Shown here in pieces: positions 18,452 through 27,847 of a DNA stretch of 64,000 nt. The notes under the pieces are model-generated. The model made no database searches. It was not told where the DNA came from and saw only the letters and a list, made by a program, of their open reading frames with translations. The translations under genes were made by a program, and so were the position numbers. The first letter of the stretch is position 1, and each line of letters opens with the position of its first letter. Source of the DNA: Candidatus Bathyarchaeia archaeon (GTDB lineage: Archaea > Thermoproteota > Bathyarchaeia > TCS64); contig JBEKDF010000001.1 in NCBI GenBank assembly GCA_050014495.1, positions 64,001 to 128,000 of the forward strand, in the 5' to 3' direction.

Positions 18452-20353
18452 ATGCTCACTTCTGACGAAATCCGCAGTCGATACCTCGCCTACTATATGA
18501 GGAGAGGACACATCGAGATCCCGTCATCCTCTCTTCTACCCGAAGGCGACGTGACGACCCTCTTCACGGGATCAGGCATGCAGCCTCTGATCAAGTACCT
18601 TCTTGGCGAGCCTCATCCCTACGGAAGCCGCCTAGTGGACTCACAGAAATGCTTCAGGTCAGAAGACATAGACGAGGTGGGGGACAACAGGCACACGACG
18701 TTCTTCGAGATGCTGGGTAACTGGTCGCTGGGTGACTACTTCAAGTCGGAACAGCTTCCATGGGTATTCGAGTTTCTGGTGGAGGAGTTGGGGATAGACC
18801 CGACCCGGCTCTACGTCACAGTCTTCTCCGGAGAGAAGAAGTACGGGATCCCGAAGGACGACGAGTCCGTCGAGATCTGGCGCTGCCTCTTCAAGAAGGT
18901 GGGCATTAAGGCGAAAGCCGTCCAAATCGGTGACCCCAACCGAGGAAGCGAGGTAGGTATGCGGGGCGGTAGGATATTCTACTATAATAGCATGAAGAAC
19001 TGGTGGAGCCGGGCTGGCCCACCGGAGAAGATGCCGGCCCGCGAACCCGGGGGACCCGACTCGGAGATCTTCTACGACTTCGGCACCCCCCACGACCCCA
19101 AGTATGGGACTCACTGCCACCCGAACTGCGAATGCGGTAGGTTCATGGAGATTGGGAACTCGGTGTTCATGGAGTACAAGAAGACCGACGATGGAAGATT
19201 CGAGAAGCTACCCCAGAGGAATGTTGACTTTGGAGGAGGACTTGAGAGGATAAGCGCGGCAGTCACCGGCAACGCGGACATGTTCGCGATTGATACGCTC
19301 AAGTGCCTGACCGACGCGCTCCCAGGGGGCATCGAGGCAATGCGCTCCAAGAGGATCATAGCTGACCACGTGCGCGCCGCGGCTTTCCTCATCACCGATA
19401 GCGTCGAGCCCTCGAACAAGGATCGCGGGTATATGCTCCGCAAGCTCCTGCGGAGGTCGATCGTCCATGTGAGAATGCTTGGGCGCTATGAGGGAGACGT
19501 AAACAACCTGAGTGCTGGCTCCGATGAGATCCTTGAGCGGCTCTTCGGGATCATTTGCGACGAATACGCTGGGACGTACAAGCTCGACAGGGAGAAGATA
19601 CTCGCTGTGTTCCGGGGTGAATCCCAGAAGTTCAGGAACACCTTCACCGCGGGCATGCGCCAACTGGGACGCTATGAGACCGTGGACGTGGACACGGCCT
19701 TCAAGCTCTACGAGAGCTTCGGGCTCCCATACGAAGTGATCAAGGAGTTCGGGGGAGCCAAAGCAGCCTCCCTCACCCGTGAGGCTTTCGAGGAGAGGCT
19801 CGACGTTCACAGACAGCTCTCCCGTGCTGGAGCGGAGAAAAAGTTCGGAGGGCACGGACTAATCCTCGACACGGGGGAGCTGAAGGCGAAGGATCAGGCG
19901 GAGATGGAGAAGGTGACGCGCCTGCACACCGCGACGCACCTGCTGCACGCTGCCCTCCGAGAAGTTCTCGGAGACGAGGCGAAGCAAGCGGGATCAGACA
20001 TCACCCCCGAGCGGCTACGCTTCGACTTCACCTTCCCCCGGAAGCTGACGGAAGAGGAGATCAAGAAGGTAGAGGAGATAGCCAACAGGATCGTCCAGCA
20101 GGACGTCAAGGTAGAGTGCCGCGAGATGCCTAAAAGCGAAGCGGAGAAGACCGGAGCGCTCTTCTTCTTCAAGGCAAAGTACGGGGATAAGGTAAAGGTC
20201 TACTACACGGGGGGTAGCCTCGAAGGAGCCTTCAGCAAGGAGTTCTGTGGAGGACCCCACGTCGAGCGGACTGGCAAGATAGGTAGGATCCGAATCACGA
20301 AGGAGGAGGCGGTCGCTGCCGGGGTCCGTAGAATCAGGGCGGTTGTCGATTGA
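18452..20353 (+). CDS. alaS: Alanine--tRNA ligase, short bacterial type lacking the C-Ala domain
   Basis: LFTGSGMQP, FFEMLGNWSLGDYFK, DFGGGLER, IADH, editing motifs HTATH and CGGPH; ends at GVRRIRAVVD. Confidence 0.95.
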   Translation: MLTSDEIRSRYLAYYMRRGHIEIPSSSLLPEGDVTTLFTGSGMQPLIKYLLGEPHPYGSRLVDSQKCFRSEDIDEVGDNRHTTFFEMLGNWSLGDYFKSEQLPWVFEFLVEELGIDPTRLYVTVFSGEKKYGIPKDDESVEIWRCLFKKVGIKAKAVQIGDPNRGSEVGMRGGRIFYYNSMKNWWSRAGPPEKMPAREPGGPDSEIFYDFGTPHDPKYGTHCHPNCECGRFMEIGNSVFMEYKKTDDGRFEKLPQRNVDFGGGLERISAAVTGNADMFAIDTLKCLTDALPGGIEAMRSKRIIADHVRAAAFLITDSVEPSNKDRGYMLRKLLRRSIVHVRMLGRYEGDVNNLSAGSDEILERLFGIICDEYAGTYKLDREKILAVFRGESQKFRNTFTAGMRQLGRYETVDVDTAFKLYESFGLPYEVIKEFGGAKAASLTREAFEERLDVHRQLSRAGAEKKFGGHGLILDTGELKAKDQAEMEKVTRLHTATHLLHAALREVLGDEAKQAGSDITPERLRFDFTFPRKLTEEEIKKVEEIANRIVQQDVKVECREMPKSEAEKTGALFFFKAKYGDKVKVYYTGGSLEGAFSKEFCGGPHVERTGKIGRIRITKEEAVAAGVRRIRAVVD

Positions 20354-20425
20354 TACAGCCCCAATTTTTCGAATAAGGATTATTCTATAACCGAAGCGCG
20401 TCAAGCCAATTTTCTAAGGGACAGA

Positions 20426-20650
20426 GTGGCGACCGACTACTTCATCGAGATCGGGAACCGCCATCGCGGGCACGAGACACTCTTTGCCTCCGTCATGTAC
20501 ATTGAATCGGAGAAGAGGATCGCCGTAAAGGTCGAGGACCCGGCAACAGGCCAAGGCCTCCACGCAGGTAAGCTCATCAAGGAGATCGCCAAGCCTATGC
20601 GTGGTAGTGGGGGAGGACAGCAGCACCTGTGCAACTCTTTTTGCTCATAA
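20426..20650 (+). pseudogene. Relic of an AlaRS C-terminal C-Ala/DHHA1 domain
   Basis: GLHAGKLIKEIAKPMRGSGGG resembles the DHHA1 GGxGGG motif; the terminal AQGG is lost; lies between alaS and leuS. Confidence 0.65.
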
Positions 20651-20701
20651 CCTTTATTCTCGAAGCTACCCAAGGAAACAATAGAACAGAGGTTACTCCG
20701 A

Positions 20702-23617
20702 ATGGTTGACTGGAAAACACTGGAACAGAAGTGGCAGGGGCGCTGGACGGAGGCTGCAGCCTTCGAGACCGACCCCGATCAGGAGAAGCCCAAATATTAC
20801 CTGACCGTTGCATATCCGTACCCCAACTCGCCTCAGCATATTGGCCACGGCAGGACCTACACCCTGACTGACGTACACGCCCGCTACATGAGGATGAGGG
20901 GATACAATGTCCTCTTCCCCATGGCATGGCACTTCACAGGCACACCACTATTCGCTATGGTAGAGCGCCTCAAGGAGCACGACCCGAGCCTCGTCGACAC
21001 CTTCCTCAACCTCTACGGCATACCTGAGTCAAAGCTGCACGAGTTAGAGACCCCTGTCTCAATGGCGACGTACTTCGCAAACGAGATCAAGGGGGGCATG
21101 AAGAAGATCGGTTACAGCATCGACTGGCGCCGGGAATTCACAACAGTCGATCCCTACTACAGCAAATTTATAGAGTGGCAGTTCGCCAAGCTGCGCCAAA
21201 AGGGGTACATCACACAGGGTAGCCACCCAGTCGGTTGGTGTCCTCATTGTGGTAACCCAGTCGGGCAACACGACACAATCGGGGACAAGGAGCCAGAGAT
21301 CGAGGAATTCACCCTGATAAAGTTCAGGAAGGTTGACACGGTTTTCCCCGCAGCTACCCTGCGCCCTGAGACCATCTATGGCGTCACCAACATGTGGCTC
21401 AACCCCGATGCGGTCTATGTCGAGGCTAACGTTGATGGAGAGACATGGATTGTGAGCGCTGACGCTGCTAAGAAGCTCGAGATGCTAGGACATAAGGTCC
21501 AGGTCGAGACCGAGTTCCAAGGGTCCCGCCTCATCGGTCAAACATTGACGAACCCGGCAACGGGTAAAGAGATTATAATACTACCAGCGCCCTTCGTCGA
21601 CCCTAAGAATGCTACGGGTGTAGTAATGAGCGTCCCCGCACATGCTCCATTCGACTATGTTGCCCTAGAGCAGCTGAAACGCGAGGTCAAGACAAACCCA
21701 AATGCCTACAGCATCAAGCAGAGCGATATTTCACTACTTGAGCCAATCAGTGTTATTGAGCTACCCGGCTACGGCGAGTCACCCGCCATCGACATCGTCA
21801 AAAAGATGAAGATCACAGACCAGAGCAGCCCCGACCTGGAAAAGGCGACCAAGGAGATCTACAGCGACGAGTTCCATAGCGGAAAGATGAGGGGAAATAC
21901 TGGCCAGTACGTTGGCCTAAACGTACAGGCTGCGAAGGAGGCTGTCAAAAATGACCTAATCGCCAACGGAAACGCTTCGACGATGTATGAAATGATAGAA
22001 CCCGTCAAGTGTCGCTGCGGGACAGATGTCGTTGTCAAGATATTCGAGAATCAGTGGTTCATCAACTACGGCGACGAGGCGTGGAAGAAGCTAGCGCGAG
22101 AGAATATCGATGAGATGGAGATAGTTCCTCGGGAGCTGAAGCAGGAATTTTTAAATGTCGTCGACTGGCTGAAGGCGAAAGCATGTGCAAGGAAGGCAGG
22201 GATGGGTACACGTCTGCCGTGGTCACCAGACTGGATCATCGAGTCCTTATCAGACTCCACCATCTATATGGCGTACTATACAGTAATCAAGGGCATTAAT
22301 GAGGTCAAGCCAAAGCCAGAGCAGCTGACTGAGGCCTTCTGGGACTACGTCTTCCTCGGTATAGGCACGCCCATCAAGGTCGAGGCAACCACGGGAATTC
22401 CGATGGAGAAAATTGAGGAGCTGCATAATGAGTTCAGCTACTTTTACCCCTTGGACGCCCGACACAGTGGAAGGGATCTGATACCTAACCATCTGACCTT
22501 CATGATCTTTATCCACGACGCTATCTGGGGGAGAGAACTCTGGCCCCAGGGCATCTTCGTCAATGGCTCCGTCCTCATGGAGGGTGCGAAAATGAGCAAG
22601 AGCATGAACAACATCATTCCCCTAGTCAATGCCATAGACCGCTTCGGCGCTGACCCTCTGAGACTCAGCCTCATGATCACAGCGGAGCCGCTTAAGGACG
22701 CAGACTTCAGCCCAGACCTCGCTAAGAGCATGATTGGGCTACTCGAGAACCTATACATCCGCGCACAGAGAATAGTCTCAGAGAAGCAAGACAGCGACTA
22801 TGAGCTGCAGGAGATAGACCTCTGGATGCTGAGCAGGCTGCAGAGCCATATCAGCGACGCAACCGAGGCTATGCATGAACTCAAGGTCAGGAAGACGATA
22901 CATGCTGCTACCTACGATATCGAGGGAGATATGGACTGGTACCTGAAGAGAGTAGCCTTTGACAGGGAGCATGTGGAGAGGAAGAATGCGATAAGCCACG
23001 TCGAGTGGACAGTGCTAGACACGCAGGTTAGATTGCTTGCCCCTTTCACCCCTCACATTTGTGAGGAGATCTGGGAGCAAATGGGTAATGAGGGCTTCGT
23101 CGCCTTCGCGCCTTGGCCCGAGGTCGATGGAACGCTCATCAGAGAGGACGCTGAGGAGTTGGAGACCATCATTAAAACCTGCGCCGAGGATGTCTCAAAC
23201 ATTACTAAGGTTATAGGTATCAAGCCTGAGATTATCCATTTCTACACTGCCGATAATTGGAAATGGAAGATGTTAGAGAAGGCGATAGAGATGCAAGCAA
23301 AGGGCGCAGTGGATATCGGAACCCTGATCAGGGAGGCTTTCAAGGACGAGGAGATGAAGATGAAGCAGAAGGAGGTCCCAGCCTATGCTAGGACCCTAGT
23401 GGAGGAGGTCAAGAAGATGCCCGATGCCACCCTAAAGCTTCGACGCGAGATGGGCTTCGTCAATGAGACTTCACTCCTGCAAGATGCAGAAAAGTTCCTG
23501 AGGGCAGAGTTCGGCTGTGATATCACCGTCTCAGGGGAAAGCGACCCATGGATCGTTGACCCAGCGAAGAGAGCGAGCCGCGCCAAGCCATATAGACCAG
23601 CCATCTACGTTGCCTAG
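20702..23617 (+). CDS. leuS: Leucine--tRNA ligase, archaeal/eukaryotic type
   Basis: YPYPN..HIGH, ATLRPET, MSVPAHAP, ESLSDSTIYMAYY, KMSKS. Confidence 0.97.
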   Translation: MVDWKTLEQKWQGRWTEAAAFETDPDQEKPKYYLTVAYPYPNSPQHIGHGRTYTLTDVHARYMRMRGYNVLFPMAWHFTGTPLFAMVERLKEHDPSLVDTFLNLYGIPESKLHELETPVSMATYFANEIKGGMKKIGYSIDWRREFTTVDPYYSKFIEWQFAKLRQKGYITQGSHPVGWCPHCGNPVGQHDTIGDKEPEIEEFTLIKFRKVDTVFPAATLRPETIYGVTNMWLNPDAVYVEANVDGETWIVSADAAKKLEMLGHKVQVETEFQGSRLIGQTLTNPATGKEIIILPAPFVDPKNATGVVMSVPAHAPFDYVALEQLKREVKTNPNAYSIKQSDISLLEPISVIELPGYGESPAIDIVKKMKITDQSSPDLEKATKEIYSDEFHSGKMRGNTGQYVGLNVQAAKEAVKNDLIANGNASTMYEMIEPVKCRCGTDVVVKIFENQWFINYGDEAWKKLARENIDEMEIVPRELKQEFLNVVDWLKAKACARKAGMGTRLPWSPDWIIESLSDSTIYMAYYTVIKGINEVKPKPEQLTEAFWDYVFLGIGTPIKVEATTGIPMEKIEELHNEFSYFYPLDARHSGRDLIPNHLTFMIFIHDAIWGRELWPQGIFVNGSVLMEGAKMSKSMNNIIPLVNAIDRFGADPLRLSLMITAEPLKDADFSPDLAKSMIGLLENLYIRAQRIVSEKQDSDYELQEIDLWMLSRLQSHISDATEAMHELKVRKTIHAATYDIEGDMDWYLKRVAFDREHVERKNAISHVEWTVLDTQVRLLAPFTPHICEEIWEQMGNEGFVAFAPWPEVDGTLIREDAEELETIIKTCAEDVSNITKVIGIKPEIIHFYTADNWKWKMLEKAIEMQAKGAVDIGTLIREAFKDEEMKMKQKEVPAYARTLVEEVKKMPDATLKLRREMGFVNETSLLQDAEKFLRAEFGCDITVSGESDPWIVDPAKRASRAKPYRPAIYVA

Positions 23618-23793
23618 TTTACGCGCGCGTTTCAAGTTAGATTATATTTTTTTTACTAATCGCAATTGAAATAGCATATTTTTAGGAGTCTAGAGATTTG
23701 AATTTTTTTTATGGCAACTGTTTTCTCAGTTTCTTAGCTCAATTTTTTTTGATGAGTCTGTTAAACGCATGCGAACTAGAAAACAGTACCGTC

Positions 23794-24402
23794 TTAGACG
23801 GTAGCGACTGGGACTTCTACTGGTGTAACGATGGGTGCGGCTATCAACTCGCTCTTCCTGACGCCCACGTGGCGGAGAGCTGTTACGTTCTTTGCCTGAT
23901 TGTAGACGTCGGACGCGAGCTTGCCAAGGACCATTTCGTGAGCGATCTGGTCAAAAGTGAGTGTCTTAGCCTTCTCGTCTACTATCGTCGTCATTATGGC
24001 ACGTATCTCGTGTTCCTGACTCGTCTTGATCCTGACCTGCGTCATCGCTGTGACGATGATCTTTACTTTATAGCCATCGGTTGTGGTTACACGGAATATG
24101 CCGTCCACTTTGGTGCTTCTGCGACGAACTAGACTACGTAGGTAGTCACGTAGGTACTCGTGGCCCTTGAAGATGGTAGATGCCTTGTGATCCTCGACTC
24201 CAGTTACCTGGAAATACATCTTGATGTACTCCTGGCTGAAGTCGCCTGTGATCTGTGCGAGTGTTGTCTCAAAGACGCGGCCTTTGAGGAGGGCCTCCTC
24301 CTCTGCGGGTGTCTCTCCGACCTTAGTCTCGCCGAAGTAGCGGGGTAGGATGATGTCGTACCAGTCCTTCCTACGCCATTTATCCTTGACGGCCTTAGAC
24401 AA
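23794..24402 (-). CDS. rps3ae: 30S ribosomal protein eS1 (S3Ae)
   Basis: KDKW..K.WY, RDYLRSLVRRRSTK. Confidence 0.95.
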   Translation of the reverse strand: MSKAVKDKWRRKDWYDIILPRYFGETKVGETPAEEEALLKGRVFETTLAQITGDFSQEYIKMYFQVTGVEDHKASTIFKGHEYLRDYLRSLVRRRSTKVDGIFRVTTTDGYKVKIIVTAMTQVRIKTSQEHEIRAIMTTIVDEKAKTLTFDQIAHEMVLGKLASDVYNQAKNVTALRHVGVRKSELIAAPIVTPVEVPVATV

Positions 24403-24479
24403 GCGTTTGAGTCTCTCCTATTTTCAGCACCAAGTAACAGCTCGGCGCTAATTTATACCTTTCTCTAAAAACAGCGACA

Positions 24480-24737
24480 CTACCTGAGCCCGTCGAGTAC
24501 CTTCTCCGCTGCACCAATACAACTGAGAAGGTCATCGAGAGTCGTTATAAGGCTCCCCACCCCTTTGGGACAACGTACATTAACTGTAATTTCATTATTT
24601 ATCCGATCTATTTTGAGTTCGAGCCCCTCGGGGGCCTGATAATTATCAGGACTCACAGCCTCAGCTACAACCCTTGCGGTTTCCTCGTCGGGATACTGGA
24701 GTTTTAACTCAGCTTCCGCTCCACTTTTTGGCGACAA
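24480..24737 (-). CDS. pcc1: KEOPS complex subunit Pcc1
   Basis: AVSPDN, SLITTLDDLL; conserved position between RecJ-like gene and eS1. Confidence 0.85.
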   Translation of the reverse strand: MSPKSGAEAELKLQYPDEETARVVAEAVSPDNYQAPEGLELKIDRINNEITVNVRCPKGVGSLITTLDDLLSCIGAAEKVLDGLR

Positions 24738-26136
24738 GCTCGTCGACCCTCCTCATGAACTCGTCTTCAACGCCCTTGGGTATGAATGCTCCGGCGGCGT
24801 TGTCGTGCCCCCCGCCAGCGCCGTTGACCCCTATAGCCGCCTCTTGCATTATCTTACCGAGGTGGATGCCTAGGTAAGCTGTGCCCTCAGCTATTCGTGA
24901 GGATATCTTGATGGTGCCATCGTCACTGTTGGCGGCGGAGACTATAGGTTTCGTGTTCTTGAGGATGCCTTGGCCAAGTAGAATACTAGAGACGACACCA
25001 ACTATATTCTCGTCTATGTCGTTGCCAGCGCTGAGGACGTAGATGCTGTTAAGCTCTTTGACTCTGTCGCCGCCCCTGACCCAGTCTAGGTAACCACCTA
25101 TTCTGCGACGGTACTCGTCAACAGTCTGCTCTGCTTCCTTCATGGCTTCACCCCGGTCGCCCAAACAGATGCCTATGCCTAGGCTTGGGCGCCTCATACG
25201 TGCGCAGGCATTGAGGAGGCTGGAATACTCCCGTCCATCGCGGAGAGGTGTCGTCGCCTCTTCCCTCTTGAAGGTGTAGATGGTGCCGATGAGGTTGTGG
25301 ATGGTCTTTGTATCGCAGCCCTGGGCTACCATATGGCTACTGAGAGCTGAGAAGAGTTTCTTTTTCTCCTCCTCGTCGAGGTCGCTGAGGCTCCTCATCC
25401 TATCGCCAGTCTTGAGGGAAACCCCGATGTGATTGAGGAAGGCAACGCAGTTATCCTCTTTGCCACTGAGTCCGGGAATGAAGGGAGTAGTTGTATTTGA
25501 GATTGCGCGGGCTATGGGGCGAGTCTCGTGGCCATAAAAAATGAGGTCGACATCCTTAGAGAGGAGTCCAGCGGCTGTAGCCTCCTCCTCGATGAGTGTG
25601 TTGACCCCTCTGAGACTCTTCTTCTCCCCTTTGTCTTGCTGATCGCCCAGGGCTCCTACTAGGCCAAGGAGAGAGAGATCGACGTTCTTAGGGTCAAGTG
25701 TCTTAGCGAAGAAGTAGCATACCCCGGAGGCGGCAATGTCCCTGGAGCCGTCGATGCCAAATAGGAGGGGATTGATCTGGAGGACGCGTGTAGGCGCTTC
25801 TCCCATTGGCATATGATGGTCTAGGATAATCACATCTATGTTCGGTAGTTGATTACCCACCATTTCGAGGTAGCCGGAACCAAAGTCGGTGAGTATGATG
25901 AGGGATGGTTTCTCCTCTGCTAAATCCTTGAGCATCTGATTATCGAGACGTTTCTCGACCGATGTCTTGAAGGGTGCGCCTGCTCTAAGAGCGACTTTAC
26001 TCAGTATTCCACCGCTGGCGACGCCATCGGCGTCATTATGTGTGAGGATGTGGATGAATGAGCCTTGGTGGATATGTGTGTTGAAAAGTTCGGCGGCAGG
26101 TTTGAAGGAAGATAGAAATTCCTTAGTTGACTCCAT
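24709..26136 (-). CDS. DHH-family RecJ/Cdc45-like phosphoesterase
   Basis: HNDADG, TDFGS, DHH, C-terminal GGGH (DHHA1). Confidence 0.92.
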   Translation of the reverse strand: MESTKEFLSSFKPAAELFNTHIHQGSFIHILTHNDADGVASGGILSKVALRAGAPFKTSVEKRLDNQMLKDLAEEKPSLIILTDFGSGYLEMVGNQLPNIDVIILDHHMPMGEAPTRVLQINPLLFGIDGSRDIAASGVCYFFAKTLDPKNVDLSLLGLVGALGDQQDKGEKKSLRGVNTLIEEEATAAGLLSKDVDLIFYGHETRPIARAISNTTTPFIPGLSGKEDNCVAFLNHIGVSLKTGDRMRSLSDLDEEEKKKLFSALSSHMVAQGCDTKTIHNLIGTIYTFKREEATTPLRDGREYSSLLNACARMRRPSLGIGICLGDRGEAMKEAEQTVDEYRRRIGGYLDWVRGGDRVKELNSIYVLSAGNDIDENIVGVVSSILLGQGILKNTKPIVSAANSDDGTIKISSRIAEGTAYLGIHLGKIMQEAAIGVNGAGGGHDNAAGAFIPKGVEDEFMRRVDELVAKKWSGS

Positions 26137-26147
26137 GCCGGATCATA

Positions 26148-26594
26148 CTATATGGTGACGATCTCGTCCCTATAGTTCCAATCCTTCGGAAGAACGCCCT
26201 TACTCTTGTAGTATTTCGTCACTCTGTAGATCATTGATTCTGTTAAGTGTAGACCTCTCTTGTTTCCGTAATCTTTGGGGTTACGCTCCATATGGCGCTT
26301 CATCCTTGTGGCGCGGACCATCAAATTGTAGAGGTCCTCGGGTATGGTACTTGCTAGGCCAGCTTCTGTTAGTACCTTGCGTATACCGTAGCCAACGATG
26401 GGTTTCACGAGTGGAATGCCATGCTCGTCGCGGAGGGTATTTCCGATCTCGCTCTGTTTACGCCCCTCTCTAGCTAAATTGATTATAAGCGCCTTGACCT
26501 CGTCTGGCTGGTAGACCACCCAGGTTGGGGGCCTCTTGGAGACGGGCCTCTGGGAGAGGGATCGCCCCCGCATACTTGACAACTTACCGACCAT
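26148..26594 (-). CDS. rps15: 30S ribosomal protein uS15
   Basis: IG..LRDEHGIP, IPEDL, YYK..GVLP..WNY. Confidence 0.95.
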   Translation of the reverse strand: MVGKLSSMRGRSLSQRPVSKRPPTWVVYQPDEVKALIINLAREGRKQSEIGNTLRDEHGIPLVKPIVGYGIRKVLTEAGLASTIPEDLYNLMVRATRMKRHMERNPKDYGNKRGLHLTESMIYRVTKYYKSKGVLPKDWNYRDEIVTI

Positions 26595-26664
26595 GTTGAT
26601 TTTCGCCTACCCGGGTGACCCGGAATGCGTCAGTGTATGAATCGGAGTGGTTTAAAAAACTTTA

Positions 26665-27222
26665 CTAAATTTTAGTAAGCCACTCAGCGAGGGCTCTGAA
26701 GGCTCTTGCACGGTGACTGATCATATTCTTTTCCTCCGCCTCCATTTCACCAAATGTTCGCCCGTCACCCTCGGTAGGTATGAAGATTGGATCGTAACCG
26801 AAACCACGGGTGCCTCGAATGTTATGGGCGATCAAGCCATCGACTATGCCACGAAAGATGTGGATACCTGATTCATCTCGGTAGGCGACTGCTGAAACAT
26901 AATGTGCCTTCCGGCTTTGCTCACCCTCCATAAGCTTGAGAATACCTGGGTTGCCAAGGCGTTTGAGGACGTAGTTACTGTATGGGCCAGGAAATCCATC
27001 AAAGCGGTCGATCGAGACGCCTGCGTCCTCAACACAGATGGGTAGGTTCTCCTTGACTATACTGAGACTATAAGCAGCGATGTCAGCGGGATCGTCCGCT
27101 TGTATCTCTACTCTTTCCAGGGGATAGTGTTCGAGGGTAATTCCGTAAGGGGAGAGAATCTCAGCGGCCTCTTCGACCTTGTGACTGTTGCGGGTAGCAA
27201 ACCAGATCTTAATCTTTGTCAA
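26665..27222 (-). CDS. Non-canonical purine NTP pyrophosphatase (Ham1/RdgB)
   Basis: FATRN..K, EIQ, EDAG, GFPGPYS, FGYDPIF, SHRARA; likely TTG start at 27222. Confidence 0.94.
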   Translation of the reverse strand: MTKIKIWFATRNSHKVEEAAEILSPYGITLEHYPLERVEIQADDPADIAAYSLSIVKENLPICVEDAGVSIDRFDGFPGPYSNYVLKRLGNPGILKLMEGEQSRKAHYVSAVAYRDESGIHIFRGIVDGLIAHNIRGTRGFGYDPIFIPTEGDGRTFGEMEAEEKNMISHRARAFRALAEWLTKI

Positions 27223-27847
27223 TGTAGCGTCCCCTGCGCCTAATATCGTCGGCGCGCTGAAATATCTCCTCGGCTTCAGCGCCCATGATTGCTCGGTAGC
27301 CATCTTTGAATGACTCGAGCAGGGGATCCATGACTGTGTAGTGGGTGCTGGCGAGCATCCTCACCATTAGGTTGAAGTCGACTCCGCGTTTCTCTACCTC
27401 TTTGCTGACCTCGCCAAGGCCGAAGTCTATGAAGACTACACGGTTCCCGGTTTTTATCATGTTACTGGTTGTGAGGTCACCATGGATTATCGAGTAATTG
27501 TGGAGTCTTCCGGCCTCCTCTCCGATTAGGTGAAAGAGGGCGCGATTCTCCTCAAGACTCAACTTGGGGACTACGTCTCTAACCTTCTCCCCCTCAACGA
27601 ACTCCATGACGATGGTGGCGCCCTCAGGGTCGAGCTGGTAGATGAGAGGGGTGGGAACCCCAGCCTCTTTAGCACGGTGTATGAGGTCGGCCTCATGAAG
27701 AGTCCTGTACCTGCGAATATCTCGGTCTATCTGAGGATGTCGATATTTCTTGGCACCGCGGCGCTTGAGGAGGACTTTTCTGCCATTCCAGTCGATATCA
27801 ATGAGGATATCCGCCTCGGCACCCTTTGCGATGAGAGTTAACGCCAA
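27209..27847 (-). CDS. bud32: KEOPS kinase Bud32
   Basis: KGAEA, HGDLTTSN, IDFGL. Confidence 0.94.
   Translation of the reverse strand: MALTLIAKGAEADILIDIDWNGRKVLLKRRGAKKYRHPQIDRDIRRYRTLHEADLIHRAKEAGVPTPLIYQLDPEGATIVMEFVEGEKVRDVVPKLSLEENRALFHLIGEEAGRLHNYSIIHGDLTTSNMIKTGNRVVFIDFGLGEVSKEVEKRGVDFNLMVRMLASTHYTVMDPLLESFKDGYRAIMGAEAEEIFQRADDIRRRGRYIDKD

Noticed and set aside
19208..19855. 215-aa minus-strand ORF and other ORFs inside alaS
   Set aside because: Shadow frames of a GC-rich gene
23698..24132. 144-aa Cys-rich plus-strand ORF
   Set aside because: Mostly antisense to rps3ae; no family pattern
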